Of a DNA stretch of 64,000 nt, positions 9,526-18,373 are shown piece by piece. Below the pieces are notes generated by a model. That model did not search any database and was not told where the DNA came from. It saw only the letters and a list, made by a program, of their open reading frames with translations. Numbering within the stretch: the first letter of the stretch is position 1; each line of letters opens with the position of its first letter. Source of the stretch: Candidatus Pacearchaeota archaeon (lineage in GTDB: Archaea > Nanobdellota > Nanobdellia > Pacearchaeales > GW2011-AR1); contig JBAZNV010000001.1 in assembly GCA_041649045.1 (NCBI GenBank), forward strand, positions 286,728 through 350,727, read 5' to 3'. Both the position numbers and the translations under genes were made by a program.

Positions 9526-11454
9526 GTGAAAATGGCATACACGAATTATGAATCTTTTTATAATGGAAGCTATTCTGCTCTCAGCCCGGATTTTGGTGAA
9601 TATTTTTCTGGATATAGAATGAGCGCTGCGCAACTTGGTTTTCCGGGTTCACCCTCAACGGCTAATCAACTCGGCGAAACAGTTAACGCGTTAAAACAAG
9701 GTGTAAAAGCTTTCGAAGTTTCTCTTCTTGGAATTCAGGGCGACCCTGATCAAACAATACCAAAACAACATTTTAAAGAAATGCGAGCATTGATGAAATT
9801 ATCAGGAGTAAAGCCTTCTGTACATGGACCAATTGTAGACGCCGCAGGATTTGGTGAGCGAGGATGGGGTGGTGAAATTACAAGAGCAGATAATGAAAGA
9901 AGAATGTTTGATGCCTTGGAAAAAGCATACGAGCTTGACCCAACAGGTAAAATTCCTGTGGTTTTGCACTCAACAAACGGAATTCCAGGCAACGAATACC
10001 TTCCTGGTGAGAATGGCAAAATCGAAACCAACAAGGTTCATATTATAAATCTCGAAACAAATCAACTTGTCCCAATAGAAACAGAATATAAATACAGACC
10101 TGAGCAACCGAAATCACTCAAAGGCAAAGGGAAATTTTATAGCATAGACAGTCAAATTAGGTCGGCTAATCAAGGTGAATGGGAAAATAAATTAACAGAT
10201 CTTGCGACATTTAATAAACACGCTGATGAAGTTATTGGAGCGGCTCCTGTAGTTTTAAAAGAATATAGAAATGCAATAATTGACAGGGAAACTCATAAGG
10301 TTTACGAATTTGATTTTGAAAGAAATAAGAAGGGGCAGGAGCTCCCAAGTCTTGAGTCAGATCCGGGGAAACTTGAATATGCAGAAAAAATAAAAGATGC
10401 GGATATTTTTCTTGAAAATGTTCAACTTAATTTTGCAGGAGCATTCCATAAAGCCTACAAATACGGAAGTGATGAACAAAAAAAAAGGTTAGAAAAATTG
10501 TCAAATGATTACTCAAAAGGAATAAGGTCCTTAAGCTTTGGCGAAGGAAGATATTCGCCTGTTTGGTTACCAATAGAAAAAAGAAAAATTTTAGATAAAG
10601 CAATAACAGAATTGCAAGATATTACAGAAACAAAATATATAGAAAACTCTAAAGGCGGAATAGAAGAAGATCCAAATTATGGTGCGCCAAAACTTTTTCA
10701 GAAAGTTGAAGATTTTGCGATAAAGAAGGCAATAGAGACTTTTGGAAATTTAGCAATCAAGTCTTATGATAAATTCAAAGACAAGGCCCCAATAATTGCA
10801 GTTGAAAATATGTATCAAGGAATGGCATTTTCGCGAGCTGAAGATTTAAAAAAAATTATTGAGGATTCACGTGATCGTTTTGAGAATTATTTGATTGAAA
10901 AAGGAATGAAAAAAGATAAGGCTGAAAAATTGGCCGAAGAAAAAATTGGCGCTACTTGGGACGTGGGTCATTTAAATGTTATGAAAAAAAAAGGTTTTAC
11001 AGATAATGACATTATTGAAGAAACAAAAAAGATTAAAGATTATGTAAAACACATTCATTTGACAGATAATTTTGGTTACAGTGATTCGCATCTGCCACCC
11101 GGGATGGGAAATGTACCGATAAAAAAAATTCTTGAAGAGCTTGAAAAAAACGGGCGATTTGATGAAATGAGAAAAATAGTTGAAGCAGGAAACTTCGTCC
11201 AACACTTTAAAAAATCACCTCATCCTTTGACACTAAGCACTTTTGGTTCTCCAATTTATGGAATGGCTAACGCTCCGTATTGGAATCAGGGAATGGATAT
11301 GGTGGGTGGATATTTTGGAGGGTATGGGACGATAAACCCACAGCAACATCATTCATTATATGGGGCAGGTTTCACGTCAATGCCCGTAGAACTTGGCGGT
11401 GCAATGCCAGGAGCTCAAGGACAATCGAGATTTGGCGGAACGCCGATGGCATAG
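9526..11454 (+). CDS. Large TIM-barrel protein, AP endonuclease 2/xylose isomerase-like family, with a helical insertion
   Basis: SVHGP, VLHST, AVENM, TWDVGHLN and HIHLTDNFGYSDSHLPPGMGNVP metal-binding motifs; likely start ATG at 9532. Confidence 0.75.
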   Translation: MKMAYTNYESFYNGSYSALSPDFGEYFSGYRMSAAQLGFPGSPSTANQLGETVNALKQGVKAFEVSLLGIQGDPDQTIPKQHFKEMRALMKLSGVKPSVHGPIVDAAGFGERGWGGEITRADNERRMFDALEKAYELDPTGKIPVVLHSTNGIPGNEYLPGENGKIETNKVHIINLETNQLVPIETEYKYRPEQPKSLKGKGKFYSIDSQIRSANQGEWENKLTDLATFNKHADEVIGAAPVVLKEYRNAIIDRETHKVYEFDFERNKKGQELPSLESDPGKLEYAEKIKDADIFLENVQLNFAGAFHKAYKYGSDEQKKRLEKLSNDYSKGIRSLSFGEGRYSPVWLPIEKRKILDKAITELQDITETKYIENSKGGIEEDPNYGAPKLFQKVEDFAIKKAIETFGNLAIKSYDKFKDKAPIIAVENMYQGMAFSRAEDLKKIIEDSRDRFENYLIEKGMKKDKAEKLAEEKIGATWDVGHLNVMKKKGFTDNDIIEETKKIKDYVKHIHLTDNFGYSDSHLPPGMGNVPIKKILEELEKNGRFDEMRKIVEAGNFVQHFKKSPHPLTLSTFGSPIYGMANAPYWNQGMDMVGGYFGGYGTINPQQHHSLYGAGFTSMPVELGGAMPGAQGQSRFGGTPMA

Positions 11455-11491
11455 TCATTAAACTTATAAATACCAGAATATTGTTTAAAAA

Positions 11492-11752
11492 ATGAACTTG
11501 ACGGGAAAGAGGTTAGATAGCCATAAAAAATTGGCTCAGGAAAGAACAATTTTATCCGTCGAAAGAAGCACTCTTTCTTACGTAAGGACCGGACTCGCTT
11601 TTTTTGTTTTGGGTGTAGCTCTAATTAGATTTTTTGAAGGAAACATAAAGTACATTTACGCTGGATATTCGACCCTTATTATAGGAATAATTTTAATTAT
11701 ATTGGGGATAATTTATTATCCTATAAGAAAGAAAAAAATATTAAAATATTAA
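11492..11752 (+). CDS. DUF202/YidH-like small membrane protein
   Basis: LAQERT...ERSTLSYVRTGL followed by two hydrophobic helices. Confidence 0.8.
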   Translation: MNLTGKRLDSHKKLAQERTILSVERSTLSYVRTGLAFFVLGVALIRFFEGNIKYIYAGYSTLIIGIILIILGIIYYPIRKKKILKY

Positions 11753-11756
11753 TTTG

Positions 11757-12635
11757 TTACTTTCTTATTTTCCCCTCTTGCCAATCTCGAAGAATTGCCC
11801 TTGCCGTTCTATCAATATTTGTTTCTCCAGCTTTTTTCAAAAAACCCTTCTTCTTCCCAAGTTCTTCAATCAAGATTTGAGAATCGCCTTTTGCATCAAT
11901 CTCATAAAATTTTTCAATTTTCTTGGAATTTTTTTGCATCAAAAAATAAACGATATCTTCGGGATTTTTAACATCATTAAATGATCTGGCCCCAACCATT
12001 GCGTCGAATGAAAGATTTTCCTCTTTTGAATTTGAATATTTTTCATCGGGAATCACTCCAGGAGTGTCCAAAATTTGAATTTCGTCTGTCAGCCTGATTT
12101 TTTGCAATCCTTTCGTGAAACCCGCCTGTTTGGATATTTTCGCAGATCCTTTTCGTGTAATAAGGTTAATAAGAGAACTTTTTCCCGTATTCGGATATCC
12201 TATTATCCCAACTTGAATTCTTATTTTTTCTTCCATCTCGACTCTTTTCGCTTCAATTTTTATTCGATTTCTTAAATCCTTGGCGCCTTGCCCCGTCTTA
12301 GACGAAACAAAAACATATGGATACATTTTTCTATCAAGTTCTTTTTCTAATTTGCTGACATCAACCAAATCGCATTTATTCAAAACAAATATGATTTTCT
12401 TGCCTAAATCTTTAATTTTATTTTCAAGTTCAAAATTTCTTGTCTCTTCAATAAAACGCGCATCTAAAACTTCAAGTATAATGTCTGAAATATCGATCAC
12501 TTTTCTAACTACGTCCGGGTATTTTCCTCGTTGTTTCAAAATGTTTGCTATGTGCCCGGTATGCCGAGATCCAAAACTATAACGAACTCTCATGAAAATA
12601 AAAAGGACGGGGAGTTTAAAAATTAGAGTTTTCAC
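11757..12635 (-). CDS. Circularly permuted ribosome-biogenesis GTPase (YlqF/RbgA family)
   Basis: EVLDAR, NKCD, GYPNTGKSS and DTPG in G4-G1-G3 order; likely start ATG at 12593. Confidence 0.9.
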   Translation of the reverse strand: MKTLIFKLPVLFIFMRVRYSFGSRHTGHIANILKQRGKYPDVVRKVIDISDIILEVLDARFIEETRNFELENKIKDLGKKIIFVLNKCDLVDVSKLEKELDRKMYPYVFVSSKTGQGAKDLRNRIKIEAKRVEMEEKIRIQVGIIGYPNTGKSSLINLITRKGSAKISKQAGFTKGLQKIRLTDEIQILDTPGVIPDEKYSNSKEENLSFDAMVGARSFNDVKNPEDIVYFLMQKNSKKIEKFYEIDAKGDSQILIEELGKKKGFLKKAGETNIDRTARAILRDWQEGKIRK

Positions 12636-12638
12636 AAA

Positions 12639-12836
12639 TTATTTGCTCATTGAACCTCTATCGCAATCTTTATTTGGGAAGTAGGGAGCGGGTACCCCAT
12701 AAAGAATCATCCTTCCATTTATATCATAAATAATTTTTCTCCCAAAATTATTTGATGGTTTTTTATCTGGTCTGGTATGGGGATGAAACGACATTCCTAC
12801 TCTTGCGACCAAATCACCTGAGTTTTCATCACCCAT
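12639..12836 (-). CDS. Small hypothetical protein
   Basis: 65 aa ORF filling the gap between co-oriented genes. Confidence 0.4.
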   Translation of the reverse strand: MGDENSGDLVARVGMSFHPHTRPDKKPSNNFGRKIIYDINGRMILYGVPAPYFPNKDCDRGSMSK

Positions 12837-12859
12837 AGCATTTTTTAATATTTTGCTCT

Positions 12860-14581
12860 TTATATATCTTTTTTCAAGCTTTTTTGCAAATGTCTAAAGT
12901 ATTCTTCATCAAAAAAGTTTGCCATTCTTTCTACGATTAATTCCGGCGTTGAATGAGCGAGTCTTCCCATCACGGGATTATGATCTACTATTAAATTAAA
13001 ATTTTCATCAAGGCCCTTCGCTTCTATCCCATCAATCCTGGTGAATTCCGGCAAAGTTTTTTTAATTTCCTGTCCCAGATGTGTCGCAATCACAAGAAAA
13101 CAATTTTTTTTCACGAAATAATCTATTGTTGCTGAAATAATCTTGCCAGCAACGCCCGGCTCTGTAACTGCTTCTATTTCGTCAGCTAAAATCAGTGTCT
13201 GATTACCGGGTTTAATTTTCGACATTTGTGAAAGCAGTGTCTCAAATGCCCCTTTCGAGGCCGAACCTTTATTTTTAGCAAAATAATATATTTCGGAAAA
13301 TATTGGCATATGGATTTCTCCATCAATAGGCAAGCCTAACTGGAACAAGCTTATATTTTGTAAAATATGTTCGAGCAAAGTTGTTTTCCCGCCAGAGTTC
13401 GCACCGGTCAAAACAGAACATTTATTGAATTTATCAAGCTGAAATGAAATGGGTGTTGCGTTTTTTAAGAAAATGTTTTTTGCATCCGAAAAGTATAAAT
13501 TTTCCGAATATATTGGGAATCTTTTTCCTTCATTGATCCATAAATAAATGCCATTGCAAAAATCTTCAACTAAAAGTAAGGCGGACAATTTCTCGAGAAT
13601 TTTTGGAATTTGTTTAAGTTCTTTTGAATTTTTCTTTATTCTTTCAGCCAAATTCGTGAATTCATTCGTGCTTTCTCTTTTTATTTGTGCGTCAAGTTCT
13701 TCGCGATCAATTGTAACTGGAATTTTTATATTGAATAAATGTTCCGGCAAACCGCTTTCCTCAACGCTTTTTCTGATAATTTCAACAATTTTTTGAGGCA
13801 TTTTCCCCTGACCAAGAATATTCAAAAGCCCCTCTCCTGTAATTGTCATCTGCTTGATCTCATGCGAAATTTTCCCATTAATATCTTCGAGCATTCTTTC
13901 AATTTCTGATTCGGAAATGATTTTTCCTTCCTGATTGTCAATTAAATCAAAAAGTTTGGATAAAAAATTTATCAAATCATTCATCTCGTCAGAGGTCTTT
14001 TCTTTCGACAAAACATCAAAATTTTCTTTCCATCCTGAAAGAATTTCAAGGTATCTTTCAAGATAAATATTTTCGATTGAATCAATAAAAATTGTTTGCG
14101 GCAGTCTTTCAAGGAGAATCTTGAAATCATTGCAATCAATCATTTGAATGATATCATATTTTTCTAAATCCAAAATATCATTTTCGCTAATCAATAAAAT
14201 CGCTGTGCATCCGAGCTTATCTAGTTGAACAAATGTCGCTTCGTCTTCGGTAACTGCCGCGATTTCATAACGTGGTTTCCATTTCTTTCTTGGTGCAATC
14301 ATTTTGTTTAAAAAAGTCTTGCCTGATTTTGGAAGTTCTCTGAAAAAATCCTGCCTTCTTTTTATTTCAGAAAAATTTTTTGTAAAATTAAAAAAATTCC
14401 AAAGATTAAATGTGTCTTCGAAAACAAAATTTGCTGAAATTTGGTTAATTAATTTTTGGTGAACCGACCTGGCGTCCCGTGTTTTAAAAATATTTTCTCC
14501 TGAGATTTTAATCAAACTTTTGTCTTCATTAAAAGGATTCAGATTATTTGTTATAGCAAAATCCATAAGTTCCTCTTTCAT
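12860..14581 (-). CDS. MutS-family ATPase (archaeal MutS2-like, no mismatch-binding domain)
   Basis: LTGANSGGKTT, LILADEIE, IATHLG and STPELIV motifs. Confidence 0.85.
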   Translation of the reverse strand: MKEELMDFAITNNLNPFNEDKSLIKISGENIFKTRDARSVHQKLINQISANFVFEDTFNLWNFFNFTKNFSEIKRRQDFFRELPKSGKTFLNKMIAPRKKWKPRYEIAAVTEDEATFVQLDKLGCTAILLISENDILDLEKYDIIQMIDCNDFKILLERLPQTIFIDSIENIYLERYLEILSGWKENFDVLSKEKTSDEMNDLINFLSKLFDLIDNQEGKIISESEIERMLEDINGKISHEIKQMTITGEGLLNILGQGKMPQKIVEIIRKSVEESGLPEHLFNIKIPVTIDREELDAQIKRESTNEFTNLAERIKKNSKELKQIPKILEKLSALLLVEDFCNGIYLWINEGKRFPIYSENLYFSDAKNIFLKNATPISFQLDKFNKCSVLTGANSGGKTTLLEHILQNISLFQLGLPIDGEIHMPIFSEIYYFAKNKGSASKGAFETLLSQMSKIKPGNQTLILADEIEAVTEPGVAGKIISATIDYFVKKNCFLVIATHLGQEIKKTLPEFTRIDGIEAKGLDENFNLIVDHNPVMGRLAHSTPELIVERMANFFDEEYFRHLQKSLKKDI

Positions 14582-14636
14582 CTAAAAAAATACTTAAATT
14601 TGTTTATAAAAATTATTGTGACAAAAAGCTATTCGC

Positions 14637-15647
14637 TTACAAAGGATTTTTCTTGTCTCCTTCCGTGGTACCTGTTCTTCTCATATTATCAACAAACCCC
14701 TTCACTGCGGGAGAATTTCTTATATCATTTCTATCTTGATTATTTTTTAACTGGTCCATTTTATCTAAGCGATTATATAAGTCTTCTTTTTGAACTTCAG
14801 CCAAATTTCCTTCCTTTAATTCTTTTATTTTTCGCTCATCCTCTTCTAGTTTTCTTTGCGCCTCTTCAAGTCTTTTTCTTCTCATTCTCTCTTCGGGATT
14901 TAACTCTCTATAAATTTGTATTTGCTTTTCTTCGGAAGCCAGTTTTTTTTTCGCCTCTTCAATTTTTAATCTTCGCAGATTTATTTCCTTGATTTTTTTA
15001 AGCTCCTCTTCTTTTTCTTTCACTTGATGTTCTATTTTCTCAAGCTCTTTTTCTTCCGGATCTTTTTTTATTTTCATGTTTTTAAAAAATATAAAGTATA
15101 TTCCCAATAAAATCAAGATCAATATTATCATGCATATTGCAATAACCATATAATTTATTTTTCCTTCTTCCGTCGTAAAAATAGATTTCCCATTAAAAAT
15201 ATCATTAAAAACATTTTGTTTTTTTTCGGTGTCATTCAAACTTTCCGACTTATTTGATGAATTAATTGTTGAGTTTGTCGTTACGTTTAGAATAGCTTCT
15301 TCGGTGTAAACCGATATTATACAATCAATGGGAACACAGTCGATCAGGTATGGTACATCGGTTTCTTTGTTGTCAAATTTACTCTCTCTGATTTTATTTT
15401 TTCCGCTATCGGTAATAATGACTTGAAATTTGGCAGACGACTCCATTAAAGAAAAAAAGGTAACATTAAATAAGCCATTACTATCTGCAATTCCTTCCTT
15501 CATGACGATTAGCGGGCCAGACCCTGCAGTCCAAGCATAAACTTTGACCTGATTCCCGGGAGTTGTTTTAACAGTTATTGGATCATCCATAGCGACAACA
15601 TAACAAATTAAAAACACAGCCAACAAGATCACAATTTTTTTCTTCAT
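14637..15647 (-). CDS. Single-pass membrane protein with signal peptide and cytoplasmic coiled coil
   Basis: MKKKIVILLAVFLICYVVA signal; N-x-S/T-rich stalk; TM segment; E/K-rich tail. Confidence 0.7.
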   Translation of the reverse strand: MKKKIVILLAVFLICYVVAMDDPITVKTTPGNQVKVYAWTAGSGPLIVMKEGIADSNGLFNVTFFSLMESSAKFQVIITDSGKNKIRESKFDNKETDVPYLIDCVPIDCIISVYTEEAILNVTTNSTINSSNKSESLNDTEKKQNVFNDIFNGKSIFTTEEGKINYMVIAICMIILILILLGIYFIFFKNMKIKKDPEEKELEKIEHQVKEKEEELKKIKEINLRRLKIEEAKKKLASEEKQIQIYRELNPEERMRRKRLEEAQRKLEEDERKIKELKEGNLAEVQKEDLYNRLDKMDQLKNNQDRNDIRNSPAVKGFVDNMRRTGTTEGDKKNPL

Positions 15648-15825
15648 AAAGAAATATATTTTATTAGTTTAAAAAGTTTTTTAATTTGGATTTTAAAGTT
15701 TTATTACTTTTTGTTAGTATAATAGTAATAAAAGTAGACTCGATTGAAAAGTTATATAATTTTTATTCCCAAAAGAAGTAATTAAAGTCTTTATAGGAAG
15801 GTCCTTGTTGCTTTTATAAGTTCAG

Positions 15826-16086
15826 GTGTTTGAAACAAAAAAGCCAGACATTGTTTTTAAGATAAATAACATTGAATATGCGATTGAAGTTGAAACTGGA
15901 AAAATACTTAAGCATAACACAAAACAGCTTTTAGAAAAAATAAGATTATTAAAAAAAGATTTTGGAGACAACTGGTTTTTTGTAGTTACTAATAGAAAAG
16001 ATTTCAAAAAATACAATCAATTAGGAAAAACACTTACAAAACTGACCTTGATAAATCAGTTAAACAAAATTTTAAAAAATAAATAG
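15826..16086 (+). pseudogene. PD-(D/E)xK nuclease-like fragment, probably a remnant of a larger mobile-element gene
   Basis: KPDIVFKINNIEYAIEVETG motif at the very start of the ORF; in-frame stop just upstream of the GTG; very AT-rich. Confidence 0.5.
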
Positions 16087-16119
16087 GTGCACAAAACAAC
16101 GCAATAAGTTTTTTTAAGA

Positions 16120-16149
16120 ATTCGGCAGATTTTAGCTATTTTGCCGAAT
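16120..16149. terminator. Inverted repeat between convergent genes, downstream of the RT
   Basis: ATTCGGCA (16120-16127) and TGCCGAAT (16142-16149). Confidence 0.4.
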
Positions 16150-16188
16150 ATAAAATAATTTGGGAAATAAGAGAACGCACCAAATGCA

Positions 16189-17262
16189 TTAATTATTAAT
16201 TAATTTTCTTTTACATTTCGCCTGATAAATCATACTTGCTACTCTTTTTCTTATTTTATAGCAATTAGCCCATTTTGCATGCGCATTCCATCCCTGAAAC
16301 GATTCCATTAACTGATTATGACTTATCCAATCCTTTTCATACTTTTTAATTTTAGAAATTATCTTTTTATAATTTCTTTTCCTTAAAAGTTTAAAATAAA
16401 AAAAATTTCTAAAGCCAACGAAATCGATACCTTTTGAAAGAGGTTTTACTTTAGATTTATCCTGATGCAATTCAAGTTTGAGGTCTTGTTTTAGAAAATT
16501 ATTAATTCTAATTTTCCAAATCTCTAATTGAATTTTATTTTTATGAAATAATATGAAATCATCGACATATCTAATATAATATTTTGCTTTTAGGGTATGT
16601 TTTGCAAAATAATCGAGTTTGTTTAGATAAACATTAGCTAAAAATTGCGAGGTAAGGTTTCCCAAGGGCATTCCAATGCCATTATTAATTTCTCCATTTA
16701 CCAATATTTTTTTAATTAGATTGATGAATTTTTCATCTTTAATTTTTTCATCTAGAATTTTTAATAATATTTCATGGTTAATTTCCATAAAATAATGGCG
16801 GATGTCTGCCTTCAAACAATATCCTTTTACAAAATTATTATTCAATTTTTTAGAGGATAATTCTCCATTATTTGATACCTTTTTAAAACATAAATGGAAC
16901 CTTTTAAGTGCAAACAAAGTTCCTTTGCCTTTTCTGTTTGCGCAACAATCATATATGAATATTTTTTCATATATGGGTTCTAATAAATTTATAATTGCAT
17001 GGTGAACTATTCTATCTCTGAAATGTGCTTTAGAAATTTTTCTAGTTTTTGGGTCACGTAGTATAAAAGTCTTAAGGGGTCTTGGAGAATAGGTTTCATT
17101 TATCAATTCTTTCTGCAAATCATCAAGACTATTTATTAAATTTTCCTGAAATTCTAAAACATAAGGTTTTCTTGTTTTACCTTTTCTGGCTTTTTTCCAC
17201 GCTAAGACTAAATTATTATAATCACAAACTTTTTCATAAAGATTATTATATGTTTTCACCAT
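16189..17262 (-). CDS. DGR reverse transcriptase
   Basis: PKTRKI...FRDRIVHHA, LKADIRHYF, GMPLGNLTSQFLANVYL, YIRYVDDF and GIDFVGF motifs; 357 aa with no maturase or endonuclease tail; GAGGTG RBS upstream. Confidence 0.95.
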   Translation of the reverse strand: MVKTYNNLYEKVCDYNNLVLAWKKARKGKTRKPYVLEFQENLINSLDDLQKELINETYSPRPLKTFILRDPKTRKISKAHFRDRIVHHAIINLLEPIYEKIFIYDCCANRKGKGTLFALKRFHLCFKKVSNNGELSSKKLNNNFVKGYCLKADIRHYFMEINHEILLKILDEKIKDEKFINLIKKILVNGEINNGIGMPLGNLTSQFLANVYLNKLDYFAKHTLKAKYYIRYVDDFILFHKNKIQLEIWKIRINNFLKQDLKLELHQDKSKVKPLSKGIDFVGFRNFFYFKLLRKRNYKKIISKIKKYEKDWISHNQLMESFQGWNAHAKWANCYKIRKRVASMIYQAKCKRKLINN

Positions 17263-17301
17263 TTTAAAAACACCTCTTTTCCCCGTTGTAAATACTTTGG
17301 C

Positions 17302-17413
17302 TATTCCGAGCGAAGAATTCTCGTCTAAAATTTTATTTTTAAATTTCGAGTTTGACGGATCCCTGTTGCAATTGAAATTAGCCCTGTCGGAGTCCGCGTT
17401 GAACCTCGCAACA
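17302..17413 (-). ncRNA. DGR template repeat (TR), 112 nt including a 27-nt insert
   Basis: Aligns to 17672-17756 with 10 mismatches, all at TR adenines; AAC/AAT-rich; without the insert it reads VARFNADSDRANFNCNRDPSNSNSSLGI. Confidence 0.93.
17318..17344 (-). other. Putative bulge-helix-bulge intron inside the TR
   Basis: RNA CUCG-AA^A-UUUAAAA-AUAAAA-UUUUAGA-CGAG-AA^U: 4-bp helix, two 3-nt bulges and a 7-bp inner stem; removal restores VR colinearity. Confidence 0.7.
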
Positions 17414-17632
17414 CACTAGCAGTTTCATCCAAATAGACACCACAACTTTAATATTCGCTCATTTTCAAGGAACTTTACTTTCTTGAAAGTATCTTTGTTA
17501 CTAACTATTGTTGTTGAATTTTATGCAGAAAGCGAAACTTTCTGACTAATGAATCTGCATGTAGCCAAAATATTGGATTTACAACATTCGGGCGAAATTA
17601 TTAAAAAATGATGCTTTTTAAAATTAACTTTG

Positions 17633-18373
17633 TTAACTTTTTTGCGCGCTGGCGCCTTCGGCGCATGCATATACCCCGAGCGAAGAATACGAGTCTGACG
17701 GATCCCCGTTGCAATAGAAATCAGCCCAGTCGGAGTCCGCGAAGAACCTCGCAACAGAACCAGAAACTGGCGCCCAATAATATAAATTTCCATCCAAAAT
17801 ATTTTGAGAAGGTAACCCATGAGAGTTATTTGAATCAAGCCAGCTATCAAGCGAAATTCCTGGAGTTTTGTTTTGTGTAAGATAATCGGTTACTTTTTGA
17901 GAAAGATTTTTCCTGATTCCTTTCTCGATAACTTTTTCGGAAATCATATAAAGTTCTTTCTTTCTTTCCTGAAATTTTACATTAATCCAGTTTGATCGCC
18001 AAGGGCTTCTCACCTCGGTAATTTCTTTATACAAAGGATTTTTAGAATCACGAAGATATTTAAGAAATTCTCTAAACTGGTAAGGTGTAGGCATAAAAAG
18101 ATTTTGTTTTTCTAATTCTACTTGAGTATCATTCCAATTTCTTCCTAAATGCATCCTTTCGGGCGAAAAAGAAAGATTTAATGATGGAACATAAATCCAA
18201 TCGCCAGATATTTCCGCTGGATTAACGAGCTCAACTTCAGTTTCAATTTTAGTTTCTTCTCTTGTTTCCTTTTTTTTAGGTTTTCCTCCTGAAGTTCTAA
18301 GTGGCGCACTCTCGGCTATCTCGATTAAACTTCTTTGTTTTGGCAAATATGGTTTTATAAAATTAGGATTCAT
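17633..18373 (-). CDS. DGR target protein with a C-terminal variable region (C-type-lectin-like fold inferred)
   Basis: C-terminus VARFFADSDWADFYCNGDPSDSYSSLGVYAC contains the VR; NWNDTQ...LFMPTPYQFREF resembles CLec/FGE-like helices; no signal peptide. Confidence 0.88.
   Translation of the reverse strand: MNPNFIKPYLPKQRSLIEIAESAPLRTSGGKPKKKETREETKIETEVELVNPAEISGDWIYVPSLNLSFSPERMHLGRNWNDTQVELEKQNLFMPTPYQFREFLKYLRDSKNPLYKEITEVRSPWRSNWINVKFQERKKELYMISEKVIEKGIRKNLSQKVTDYLTQNKTPGISLDSWLDSNNSHGLPSQNILDGNLYYWAPVSGSVARFFADSDWADFYCNGDPSDSYSSLGVYACAEGASAQKS
17652..17664 (-). promoter_or_regulatory. DGR cis-acting hairpin with a GAA loop, 3' of the VR/IMH
   Basis: Minus strand GCGCC-GAA-GGCGC, 7 nt after the end of TR/VR homology; absent after the TR. 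Confidence 0.8.
17672..17756 (-). repeat. DGR variable repeat (VR), 85 nt
   Basis: 75 of 85 positions identical to the insert-free TR; all differences are A>T or A>G. Confidence 0.93.

Noticed and set aside
16189..17262. RT as a group II intron, retron or CRISPR-associated RT
   Set aside because: No maturase/endonuclease domain or cas genes are seen; the GNLTSQ motif and adjacent TR/VR pair indicate a DGR.
17521..17880. ORFs 17521-17850 (-) and 17608-17880 (+) as avd or accessory genes
   Set aside because: They overlap the target gene's 3' end in other frames and show no Avd-like features.
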